From the NCBI RefSeq assembly GCF_030028105.1, contig NC_092401.1, positions 7,474,984 to 7,538,983 of the forward strand: a stretch of DNA of 64,000 nucleotides, given 5' to 3'. This stretch comes from Mobula birostris (lineage: Eukaryota). The notes under the pieces were generated by a model, which was given only the letters and a program-made list of their open reading frames with translations, was not told the DNA's origin and made no database searches. Made by a program: the position numbers and the translations under genes. Below, piece after piece: positions 49,440-59,725 of this stretch; the first letter of the stretch is position 1, and each line of letters starts with the position of its first letter.

Positions 49440-51024
49440 TTGTTTTACCACGTTGAATCACGGTGGATTTAATTTAATTTGGCTTTTTTTGACACTGATC
49501 CACAGAAAAAGACTCTTTTGTGTCAAAGTGAAAACCGATCTCTACCAATGATCTAAATTAATTACAAATATAAAAGACAAAATAACTGATTGGACCATTT
49601 AATTAATTATGTGACTTCTAAAACCAATTGGCTGCACCAGTGATGATTTAGTGTGTTATATTAAAGGGGGGGGGGGGGGTGAATCTTTATACAATAAGAT
49701 AATTTTGTTTTTGGAGACCTGTGTGCAGTCAAGGTGTTTCAATTGATTGTTGGAAAAATACACCTGTAACTGGAAGGTCCAACTGCTGGTGAATCAGTAC
49801 CTGGCAAAATCTACACCATGAAGACAAAAGAACACTCCAAGCATCTTGGCAAAAAGGCTATTGAAAAGCACATTAGGAGATGGATACAAGAAAATTTTCA
49901 AGTCACTGAATATCCCTTGGAGTACAGTTAAGTCAATCATCAAGAAATGGAAAGAAAATTGCACAACAGTAAATCTGCCTAGAGCAGGCCGTCCTCAAAA
50001 ACAGAGTGACTGTGCAAGAAAATGACTAGTGAGGGAGGCCATCAAGAGACCTATGACAACTCTAGAGCAGTTACAAGCTTCAGTGGCTAAGATGGGAGAA
50101 ACTGCACATACAACAACTGTTGCCTGGGTGTTTCACCAGCCACAGCTTTATGGGAGAGAGGAAAAGGGAAAGCTACAGTTGAAAGAACTCACATGAAATC
50201 TCGGCTAGAGTTTGCCAGAGGGCATTTGGGAGACTCTAAAGTCAGCTGGAAGAAGGTTTTATAGTCTGATGAAAGCATAATTGAGCTTTTTGGCCATCAG
50301 ACTAAACACTATGTTTAGTGTAAGCAAAATACCACACATCATCAAAAACCCTGATGCATGGAGGTGGGTGCATCACTGCAGCAGGTCCTGGCAGCCTTGT
50401 GAAGGTAGGGGGTAAAATGAATGCAGCAAAGTACAGGGAAATCCTCGAAGAAAACTCAGTGCAGTTTTCAAGAGAACTGTGACTTGAACGAAGATTTGTT
50501 TTCCAGCTAGACGATGACCCGAAGCGTAAAGCCAAAGCTACACAGGAATGGCCTAATAACAGCAAAGTTAATGTCCTGGAGTGGCCAAGTCAGAGTTCAG
50601 ATCTCAATCCAATTGAGAATTTGTGGCTGGACTTGAAAAGGTCTGTTCACTCATGATCCCCATGCAATTTGACAGAGCTTGAGCAGTTTTGTAAAGAAGA
50701 ATGGGGAAAAATTGTAGGGTCCAAATGTGCAAAGCTGGTAGAGACCAATCCACACAGACTCAAGGCTGTAATTGTTGCAAAGGTGCATCTACTAAATACT
50801 AACTTGAAGGGGGTGAGTAATTATGCAATCAATTGTTTTGTGTTTAATAATCGTAATAAATTTAGACCAATTTGTAGAAATTTGTTTTCACTTTGATACG
50901 AAAGAATCATTTCTGTTGATCAGTGTAAAAAAAACCAAATTAAATCCACTGTGATTCAATGTTGTAAAACATAAAACATGAAAACTTCCAAGGGAGAGCG
51001 AATACTTTTTGATAGGCACTGTAT
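49440..51024 (+). mobile_element. Tc1 DNA transposon with long TIRs, degenerate transposase
   Basis: MKTKEHSK...GYKKI.KSLNIPWSTVKSIIKKWK; WSDESIIELFG; QDDDPK..AK; [15 protein letters not shown]; TGTA right end. Confidence 0.88.
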
Positions 51025-51089
51025 GTTCAGTATACTGTATAATACAATAACTATATAGATATCCACAGCATAATAAATTTTAAGTTGCC

Positions 51090-52005
51090 CAATTCAGGCC
51101 TGATGATTTAATCACTGTGAAGGATTTCATACTCTTGTTGGATAAAGTCTTCCCTGACAAGAGGATCACTCTGCTTGGCTTGTGAATTTTGTGACTATCA
51201 AACAATCTCAGGTTCTGGGTCCTCCTCCGTGGTGGTTGTGAGACTTGACTCTGGGACTGCAGGAAGTGGTTCCGACAGCTCTGGACACCTTTGTTCTCTA
51301 ACAATTGACTCCGCTATCCTCAACTGATCGACGTGTCATCTCCAGATGACATCAGACACAATCCCCACTGTGCAGGAGAATGTTCCAGTGCTGTCCTTAA
51401 TCTTTCCAAGTACCTACTTTTGAACGTCTCTGTTGTCCCTCACCAGGATTGCTTGTTCAGGAGTGAAACATCAAACCCTCAGTTTGTCTCAGCTGCTTGT
51501 CCTGCAAACTCCTTCTCAGACTGGGTCTGAGAAAATCCAAGTGTGAGCACAAGGGACATCCCAGGAAAGCATAGCTGGTGAGTTGTTGGTTTTGAACTGT
51601 GCTGCATTGCGATATGCAAAGAGAAAATAGTTGAGGTTCTGATTCAGTGCCCTGTGTTCTGATGACATCGCTCACAGATCGTTCCTTAGATTCTGGACAA
51701 AACTTTGCTCCAAACCATTTGAGCTGGGTGGTACAGTACAGGTGCAACGTGTCTTATTCCATTCATATTCAGGAACGACAAATGGTTCCACAACAAACTG
51801 TGGTCCATTGTCACTGACTAAGTATTCTGGAACAGCAGTCTTGAGAAGAGGCTTCTCAACACATCAACAGTGTGCAAAGCTGTAGTGGAGACTATTGGAA
51901 ACACATCTGGCCACTTTGTAGCTGCATCGACTACTGCCTAGAAATCTGTGCCCATGAATGGTCTGGCAAAATCCACATGAAGCTTCTGCAAGGGCACCTT
52001 AAAGC
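51090..52005 (-). mobile_element. Degenerate Gypsy integrase remnant
   Basis: AVVDAATKWPDVFP...LRSLFSR...NGIRH....YHPA integrase core pattern. Confidence 0.7.
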
Positions 52006-52029
52006 TTTTGTCACCTTAAATCTGTGACA

Positions 52030-52690
52030 TTTCCAACCTGGGAGGAACACTGACTCTCTACCCTATCTATGCCCTCTATCATGGTGCCTCTCGGCATCCG
52101 ATGCTCTTGCCTCTCCTTATAGATCCAGACAAAATTCTGATGAATCTCTTACGCACTTATTCAAATCTTCTACATCCTTTCTCGATGAGGTGACCATAGC
52201 TACACAAGTATTCCAAATATTGCTGAACCAATGTATTGTACAGCTGCAATGTTCCTGTCAATGTTCATGCTCGGTGTTCCCACCAGTGAAGGTGAGCATG
52301 CTTCACACTGTCTTTACTGCCCTTTCCACTTTCAGGGAGCGATGGACATCCACCCCAAGATCCCTCTGTACATCAATACTCTCAAGTATCCAATTTATTC
52401 TCTACTTTTCTCTAGTACTTGATGTCCAAAAATGCATCACCTCACACTTATCTGCCTAAATTTCCAGCTGATCTCCTGTAACTCCTGCTATATCCTTTGA
52501 CAAAGTTCCTCACTCTCCAGTACTCCATCAATTTCTCTACAAAACCTACTGATCAGACCATCCACATGCTCATCCAAGTTATTAATTGATATTACAAACA
52601 AGAGATCCCTGGGCTGATACTTGCAGAACACCAACGGTCACAGTCCTCCAGTCAGAAATGCATCACAACCATCCATCTTCTGTGATGAAG
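52030..52690 (-). mobile_element. CR1 fragments, with a small Rex1-like piece
   Basis: RT-region remnants. Confidence 0.55.
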
Positions 52691-52894
52691 CCGATTATTT
52701 TCTCTTAACTATTTGAAACAACCTCTTGTGTTTGAAGGTCAAGGCTATCTCTCAGAATGGACCATAGATATAAATGTTGGACAGGAAGTTGATTTTCCGA
52801 ACAGCCACAATGAGAAACTGAGTAATTTTCATACCAAAAGGGGAAGGAAGTTGTTTGTTTTTTCCGCTTATTGTTTCAGATAACTACCATCCAG

Positions 52895-53030
52895 ATAAAC
52901 AGTCCTGGCCCAAAACATTGACTGTTTACTCTTTTCCATAGATGTTGCCTGGTCTGCTGTATTCCTTCAGCATTTTGTGTGTATTACTTTGATTTCCAGC
53001 AGTGACAGATTTTCTCTCGTTTGTGATTCA
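52895..53030 (+). mobile_element. Penelope terminus with internally deleted hammerhead
   Basis: CAGTC-CTG-[deletion]-GCCC-AAAACATT-GACTG followed by the pLTR terminus. Confidence 0.7.
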
Positions 53031-53149
53031 ACTATGGACTATGCCTAATATCCCCTGAGGCGTTTTCTTGACCTGCCTCGGCTCTCCAGGTGAAGATGGG
53101 GTCAGAGTTCCACGATTTATACCCATTGATGATGAAGGCATGGCAGAAT

Positions 53150-54010
53150 ATACTCAGTGGCCAAGTTTATTAGATAAACCCATACAGCTGCTCATTAATG
53201 CAAACATCTAATCAGCAAATCATGTGGTAGCAACTCAAAACATAAAAGCATGTAGTCATGGTCAAGAGGTTCAATTGTTGTTCAGACCAAACATCAGAGT
53301 GGATAAGAAATGTGATCTACGTGGCTTTGCACATGGAATGATTGTTGGTGCCAGATGGGTGAGATGAGGGCTTCTGTCAGTCAGAGTTGACCATGAATGC
53401 TGCATCCTAGCTGTCTAGATATGCAAGCCTGGGCAGTATGATATGGAGAGCAAGCTGTTGCCTATGTAGCAAGCTGCCCCTCTCCATGCATCTGATGAAC
53501 CCAAAGGAACCGATACAGTTTGGTACAAAAGTGTCCCAGGAGCTGCCAGTCAGCATTGAACTCAATGTAGCACTGGCTTAGGTATTCCAGCTTCCGATTT
53601 TTCCCTTAGGATTCACTCCTGAAGCCTTTCCCATGAGTGGGTATAGACACAGGAAGTGCTTAAATATCTTGGAAACTGCCGATCTCTTAGGATCTTCACT
53701 CACGGCAGTCTCTGAAGTTTACAGAGAATGGCATTAAAAACAAAACAAAAATGTCAAGTGAGTGGCAGTTCTGTGTGAAAATGCCTTGTTAATGAGAGAG
53801 GTCACAGGAGAATGTCTAGACTGGTTCAAGCTGACAGGAAGGCAGCTGTAACTCAGATAACTATGTGTTACAACAGTGGCGTGCAGTAGAGCGTCTCTGA
53901 ATGCACAATTTATCAAATCTTAAAGTAGGTGGACTACAGTAGCTGAAGATCACAAACATACACTCAGTCCAAAATTTATCGGGTAGAGGAGTTACCTAAT
54001 GAAGTGGTCA
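53150..54010 (+). mobile_element. Non-autonomous Tc1 derivative, copy 3, with an RTE-like short insert (about 53365-53650)
   Basis: TACTCAGTGGCCAAGTTTATTAG TIR; paired-domain remnant split by the insert. Confidence 0.7.
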
Positions 54011-54439
54011 CAGTGTATCTCCCGGTCAGAATGACGTGTAACCAGGTGAGGAATGTACTAGTGTTGGTAATCCCATGCACCAGCTCCCATGTCCTTTTTT
54101 GTGATCGGTGTGGCACCTTTGGGAGGTGTGGTTCGTCAATAAATTGGGGAAGAAGAAGCTGCTTGCAGCCTCTTCCATCTGAAATGATCCAGAAAATGCT
54201 GGAAACACCCAGTAGACCAGGAAGCATCCAGGAAGGAAAAACAAAATTAACACTTCTGATTGAAGAACTTTCTTCATAACTGCCTTTATTTCAGATTTCC
54301 AGTATTGGCGCTTTTTAAAAATGTGGTTTCTTCCAGCTGCCCCAAAGCCCTTGGCGGACCCCGGGAAGGGAATTTGTGAGGGATTTGGTGTTGTGCCAGA
54401 GCAGAATGGGCACATGGAGACACCGGCGACTACAAATGC

Positions 54440-54550
54440 GGGAACCTGGAACAACAAACAACCTGCCGGACCAGCTCAGCGGGTCGATCGCTTCTGTGTC
54501 GGGAAAAGGAACGAACGACCTTTCCGGTGGAGACCTTGCATCAGGGCGGG
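54440..54550 (-). mobile_element. Degenerate Penelope terminus with hammerhead remnant
   Basis: Minus 54548-54513: CGCCC-CTGATGC-AAGGTCTCCACC-GGAAAGGTC-GTTC. Confidence 0.5.
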
Positions 54551-55066
54551 TTATGGTGACTGGTCAGACTGTTATATCGGAAGGGCGTACAGAAACTCGG
54601 GCTATGGGCACTTTGATGGCTGTTGCAGTTTTACACAAAAATACGGAGTTGTAAACAGAGCCAAAACCGGACCCGCGGTCAGACTCAGCCCAGCGCTCAA
54701 CGGTGAGCAAGTGTACAGAGTACTGAAAGAGTACAGAGAACAGTGATTGCTTCAGACGTAATGAGTAAAATAATGAGATATATTCTTAAATTTAAATTTA
54801 ATTCCTGAATCATGCAACTATTTTGCTCGGTGTCTAGTTTTCATTTCCACCTTCCTCGCCATTCTTGAGCGGAATTCAAGTTAACGTAAAATGTCTTTTC
54901 GCCAAAATGAAGATTGCGACGAGACAGGAAATGAATAACGGTCCATGCTTAATAAACCGCTCAGTAGCGCACAATCCGAAATATATAGTTTGTATGTACA
55001 GTTACTCTCTAACGCTGCGTGACTCCGTGCAAATATATTGATTATACTTAAAACCACTTTACCTAC

Positions 55067-55115
55067 CTGTTACCACGCAGAGTAAAGCGAAAAGGGAAAT
55101 CGACCTGGAATACAT
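55067..55115 (-). CDS. ICAM-family cell adhesion molecule, exon 1 (signal peptide MYSRSISLFALLCVVT)
   Basis: ATG at 55115-55113, 16 codons +1 nt, hydrophobic signal-like peptide, donor ACAG|GTAGGT. Phase 1 joins in frame to the exon at 47748. CpG-containing promoter-like region lies immediately upstream. Not in the ORF track (too short). Confidence 0.8.
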
Positions 55116-55239
55116 AATAATCAAATCTCAAACGAAAACGTGGTCCGAATGGGATTAATTGTTTCAAAAAAAGTCCCGAAATGAACGCGAAGAGCCAGTA
55201 CTCAGCTGCTTGGCGGCATCGAGCAGTAAAGAGGTGGCA

Positions 55240-55300
55240 GAGCTTCCGGGATGGAAGTTCCGCGGAATTCCACCCCCCCCCCCCCCACCCTCCCCTTCGG
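55240..55300 (-). promoter_or_regulatory. Putative proximal promoter of the ICAM-family gene: tandem kB-like sites, ETS core, G-rich tract
   Basis: TGGAAGTTCC (55252-55261; 9/10 to the human ICAM1 kB site TGGAAATTCC), GCGGAATTCC (55262-55271), CCCGGAAG ETS-like on minus (55243-55250), G-tract 55272-55295 on minus. About 130-180 bp upstream of the ATG. Confidence 0.55.
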
Positions 55301-55629
55301 GCACTGATTCGGGCTCTTTTTTTAACATTCGGACAACTACAGTTGTTGTATCACCACTGATCGACTAGTAAAACTTCGGTTCATGAATATGAATACCTTG
55401 CTTTTCTGGAACATGACAAGTTTGTTGATTGTGCAAAATGCGCAGTTTGTTGCCACGTATACAGTTCAACTCTCAACATCAGCTCTGAATCTCTTAATCT
55501 CTTTTTTCCCCCCGGAATTTGGAATAATATAATGAAATAGATTGTGAAAACCTTTATTTCCGACTCTGAATTTATTTGCTGCATGTAAGGATTCCTTGTT
55601 GTAACTTGTTCATTACACCTGTTTCGATG

Positions 55630-56146
55630 CAGCTGTTCAGCATGTTAGATTTTCATCATCCAGATCTTGCAAAATCATCAACGAATTTCTCTGCTGCTTC
55701 GTGATCAGCAGATGCTTTATCACCACAAATCTTCAAAAATTTAATGCCGTGCCTTTTCTTAAATTTCTGCAACCAACCTGCCTAATATGCACAAATACCT
55801 TCGATTTTCAGTTCGTCCGGATAGAGCTGTGCTTGTTTCATGATCAGCGTACCGTTAAGTGGCGAACGCTCACACTGACGCTGACGAGTCCACTCTTTCA
55901 ATAGAAACTCAAGATCTTCATGTTTTTTTTGGCTTTATATTGTGCTTTCATTACCTTCTGTTCATTACATATGTGAGGTCACTTCTCAAAACCTTCTGTG
56001 ATGCACGGAGTCATCTGTGCCACTTGGGAACTTTCCTAGCGCCTTGCAGAATCTTCCATTTGTGACATCCGGTCAGCTCTCAAAACAATTTCAGATTTCG
56101 GAGGTTTTCAGAGTTTGGAATTTCGTATAAGGGGTACTCATCCTGT
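55630..56146 (-). mobile_element. Tigger/pogo transposase remnant (CENP-B-type HTH); second fragment at 56430-56580
   Basis: KEW.RQRQ.E..PL.G.LIM.QA...GWLQKFKKRHGIKFLKICGDKASAD; terminal TAAGGGGTACTCATCCTGT. Confidence 0.75.
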
Positions 56147-57191
56147 GGTTGGTTAGAACGGTACTGCCATTATGCAGAATGAGAGGTCACTCTGTGTTTG
56201 GCATGTGGATACTGTGCGCCACTCTTTCTCAAACTTCTTGTCAGTGTGGTCTTTTAGCCTTAACCACGCATAATTTACGTTTCCCCCTCCCTTCTATATT
56301 CTGGCTATCTTCACTCTGTTTCCTCAGTCCTACTGTAAGATCTTGACCTGAAGTTATGACCATTACTTTGCCTCCACCAATGCTGCTTGACCTGCTGAGT
56401 TTTTACAGTACTTTATTTTATTTCTGTAACCAACCTGCTTAAAATTCACAACTGCCTTCAATTTTCAGTTTGTCATGATAGATCTTTTCTTGTTTCATGA
56501 TCAGCATGCTGTTAACTGGTGAATGTTCACTCTGACGCTGATGAGTCCACTCTTTCAATATACGATCAAGATCTTCAAATGCTGGGGAGGGTTTAAACTA
56601 ATTTGGAAGCAGGTTGGGAACCGGAGTGAAGGGACTCAGGATAGGACGAGTGGTAAAAAAAGACAAAGATAGCGTACAGTCAGACTGTCAGGAAGGACAG
56701 GCAGATGATAGGACATAATTGTAGCCAACGGGGGAGTATCAGTGCATCAGGGATGCAGAATGAAAAAGGGTAGCCAATGCAGTACTCAGTGTTGTATCTA
56801 AATGCGTGCAGTATAGGATGATTTTGTTGCAATGTTACAGATTGCCAGGTATGATTTTGTGGTCATCACTGAATTGTGGCTGAAGGATGGCTGTAGTTGA
56901 GAGCTGGATGTCCTAGGTTACACGTTGTATTGGAGGGATAGGAAGGTAGGCAGAGGGGGTGGCATGGCTTTACTTGTAATGAATAGCATCAAATCAGCAG
57001 AAAGATGTGACATAGGATCAGAAGATGTTGAATCCTTGTGGGTTGAGTTAAGAAACTGCAAGGGTAAAAGGACTCTGATGGCAGTTATGCACAGACCTCC
57101 TAACAGTAGTTGGGATGTGGACCACAGAAAACAGAAAAGGTGTGTCAAAAGGGCAATGTTATGATAGTCATGGGAGATTTCAACATGCAGG

Positions 57192-59725
57192 TGTCATGGT
57201 CCAGTCTATGAAATCCGCATCCCGGATCACAGTCTGGTCCATGTTCCGTATTCCAGGTTTTCCAGTTTTCCCCAGTTTCTGTTGAGGCAGCCGATTCTCG
57301 TTTGGGCTGGCTTCAAAAATAGCTTCAGGATTCAGCCTCCGATTGATGTGTGGAGATGGGAGAAGTGCCTCTGCACTTAAGATGAATTCAGGTGGGCCTG
57401 CAGTATTGAGCAAAGCTAAATGGATTCAATCACAGCTGTCCACCAAAGTGTCTTTTGCAGGGGAAGTCGGAGCGCCAAAGTAAAATTAAAAGATACCCAT
57501 TTTTAGATCTGGTTAATAACTGGGCTGTGAAATTGAAACTGACTGAGGAAGACATAGCTGACCAAATTTACTTGCCACCCATCCCTTTTTGGCTCTTTCC
57601 AGAACCGGAAGTAGACCTATTCCTCCTTTTTCAGCTTCAAGGAAGCAGTGCAATTTCATCAGCATTGATCACAAATGAATATTTAAATAATAAATAGGGA
57701 TCTTATCTGAAGATTTTTACTGATGGCTCAGTGGACCCAGAGAGCGCTAGGGCAGGATTTGGGATGTATGTGTCTCAACTTGGAGTTGAGATTGGTCACC
57801 GGGTTTCAGATGGTGTTTCTGTCTTTGCAACAGAATTATTAGCAATCCTCTGGGCCTTATGGTGAGTAGAAGACTCTCAACCACGTAGGGTTATCATCTG
57901 TTTGGATTCTGCTGCTGCCTTAGAGGCTATAAAAGGAATAAATCAAAAACTCATCCTGACATAGTTGTTGAGATTCTCTTAGTGTTGTTTAGAGTAGGGA
58001 AGATGGGTTGTGCAGTTAGATTTTCATGGATACCTGGGCATGCTGAGGTGGAAGGAAATGAAATTGTGGATGGCATTGCAAAGTCTTCCTTACAGAGCAG
58101 GCAAGTAGAAATTAGAGTTCCCCTAGGCAGAGCAGAATTGAGAAGTAGGATTTAAAAAGGTATAGAGAAGAAGTGGCAGGAGGATTGGAGAAATGAATTA
58201 AGGGGCAGGCATTATTTTTCTAGTCACCCACTAGTTAAAAAGGTCTCAGACTGTTACCTTTTAAGTCATAGAGATGTGGTGAAATTAACAAGACTTAGAT
58301 TGGGGCATTGTGGGTTAAACTATTATTTAAAGATAATAGGAAAACATCCTACTGGATTATGTGACTGTGGTAGTCCAGAGACAGTCCAGCATGTTTTGTT
58401 GAGCTGTAATCGATACAAAATTGAAAGAAGCATGTTGTTCAAGAGGCTAGCTGGCTTAAATTTATTTTGGTTTTCTATTAAATCTTTGTTTGGCCATCAA
58501 GAGAATCAACATCTGATTGAAGAGTTTATTTTTCAGTTTATACGTGAGACTAGGTTGTATTCGAGAATTTGAGTTCCTTGAAGTTCTATAATTAATTATA
58601 CATCCTGCGGAGGGCTGTAATGTGCCTAGATGTGTCTAAACAGCCAGAAATAGAAGAAGAAGAAGAAGAAGTCACTGCCTCTGGTTGCTGGATTGTTCCT
58701 GTCTATACCCCCCTGTCTGAATCCCTTCCCTTCCTTCTGTTGCCTTGCCTTCTCTGAAGTCTTGCCTCGCCTCACCTTGCCTCGCCTGAAGCCTTGCCTT
58801 GCCTGTAACCCTCACCTGCACCGCTGTCAAGTTCAATCGCTGGAGCAAGATAAGGAACCGTCTATCGTTGTTTTGAACTGTTTCTGTGTCCATGCCTTCG
58901 CTAGGTAGGTCCGGCCATTTGCTGCTACCTAGTGTTGAGATCGGTCTTTGTGTCCTCGCCTTTGCTAGGTAGGTCCGGCCAATTGCCGCTACCTAGTGTT
59001 GGGATCTGTCTTTGTGTCCTCACCTTCGCTAGGTAGGTCCAGTTGTCTGCCACTGCTTTGTGTTGGGAACCACCTTGTTGTATTCTGCATTCTGTGTAAT
59101 GAGTCCCGGCCCTATGTACTGTACCCAAGGAGGGATCCCAGCTCTGCTTTCCATGTTCCTGTCTCTTCCTTGACCAAGGCTCTGCGTTCCTGTCTCTCCC
59201 TCAACCAAGTCAAAGCTTCGGGGTCTCATCCAGTCCTAGCCACGATCCAAGAACCTTGTCCTGTCCAAGCCATGGCTTTGTATTCTCGTCTTGTCCATGT
59301 GTCTCGCCCAGCCCAGGAGTACCTTGCCCAGCCCAGTGCTGGGGTTCCCTTGTCCTCTCCAGGAGTCTCACATTCAGTCCTGTTGCCCCTCCTCGTTCTG
59401 TAGCCACGTCTTGTCCTTGCCTAGATGCGGGGTCCGAGCCCGAGTCAAGACCCAGATTTTCGGTCCTTATTCAGTCTCTGGCTTGGAGTCCAAGCCCAGG
59501 CTCTTAGTTCCTACTTCCATGTTCTGGTTCCGCTATCCTAGTCAAGTTCCAGCCCAGGCCCTGTATCCTTGTCTTGTCCCGGGCCTGTGTCATGTCCAAT
59601 GTCCTTTCTTCCCCACTTCTCTTGCTTAACTCTAGTCCTAGTCCTGATCCTTGTTCTTCAGTGTCTGTGTCTTGCATTTGAGTCCACTCGCAGTGCACAC
59701 CCCCCCCCCCCCCCACATTATGACA
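57192..59725 (+). mobile_element. Solo LTR (same group as 10490-12604 and 20411-21459), split by a LINE
   Basis: TGTCATGG...TTATGACA; TSD GCAGG/GCAGA; CR1 frame DFNMQ|IEWG is restored on removal. Confidence 0.85.
57410..58670 (+). mobile_element. I-group (Nimb-like) LINE 3' part with RNase H
   Basis: KIFTDGS..P..RAGFG, SVFATEL.AI, I..DS.AAL, WIPGH..VEGNE.VD..AK; RLRLGHC.LN..L...G....LCDCG..ETVQHVLLSC; (GAA)n tail. Confidence 0.85.

Noticed and set aside
53492-53512. CTGATGA motif suggesting another hammerhead
   Set aside because: No GAAA-N-UH arm or stem I pairing follows; it is part of an RTE-like short element.
54321-54746. 141-aa plus-strand ORF in intron 1
   Set aside because: Runs through a degenerate Penelope terminus, has no domain similarity and no splice context.
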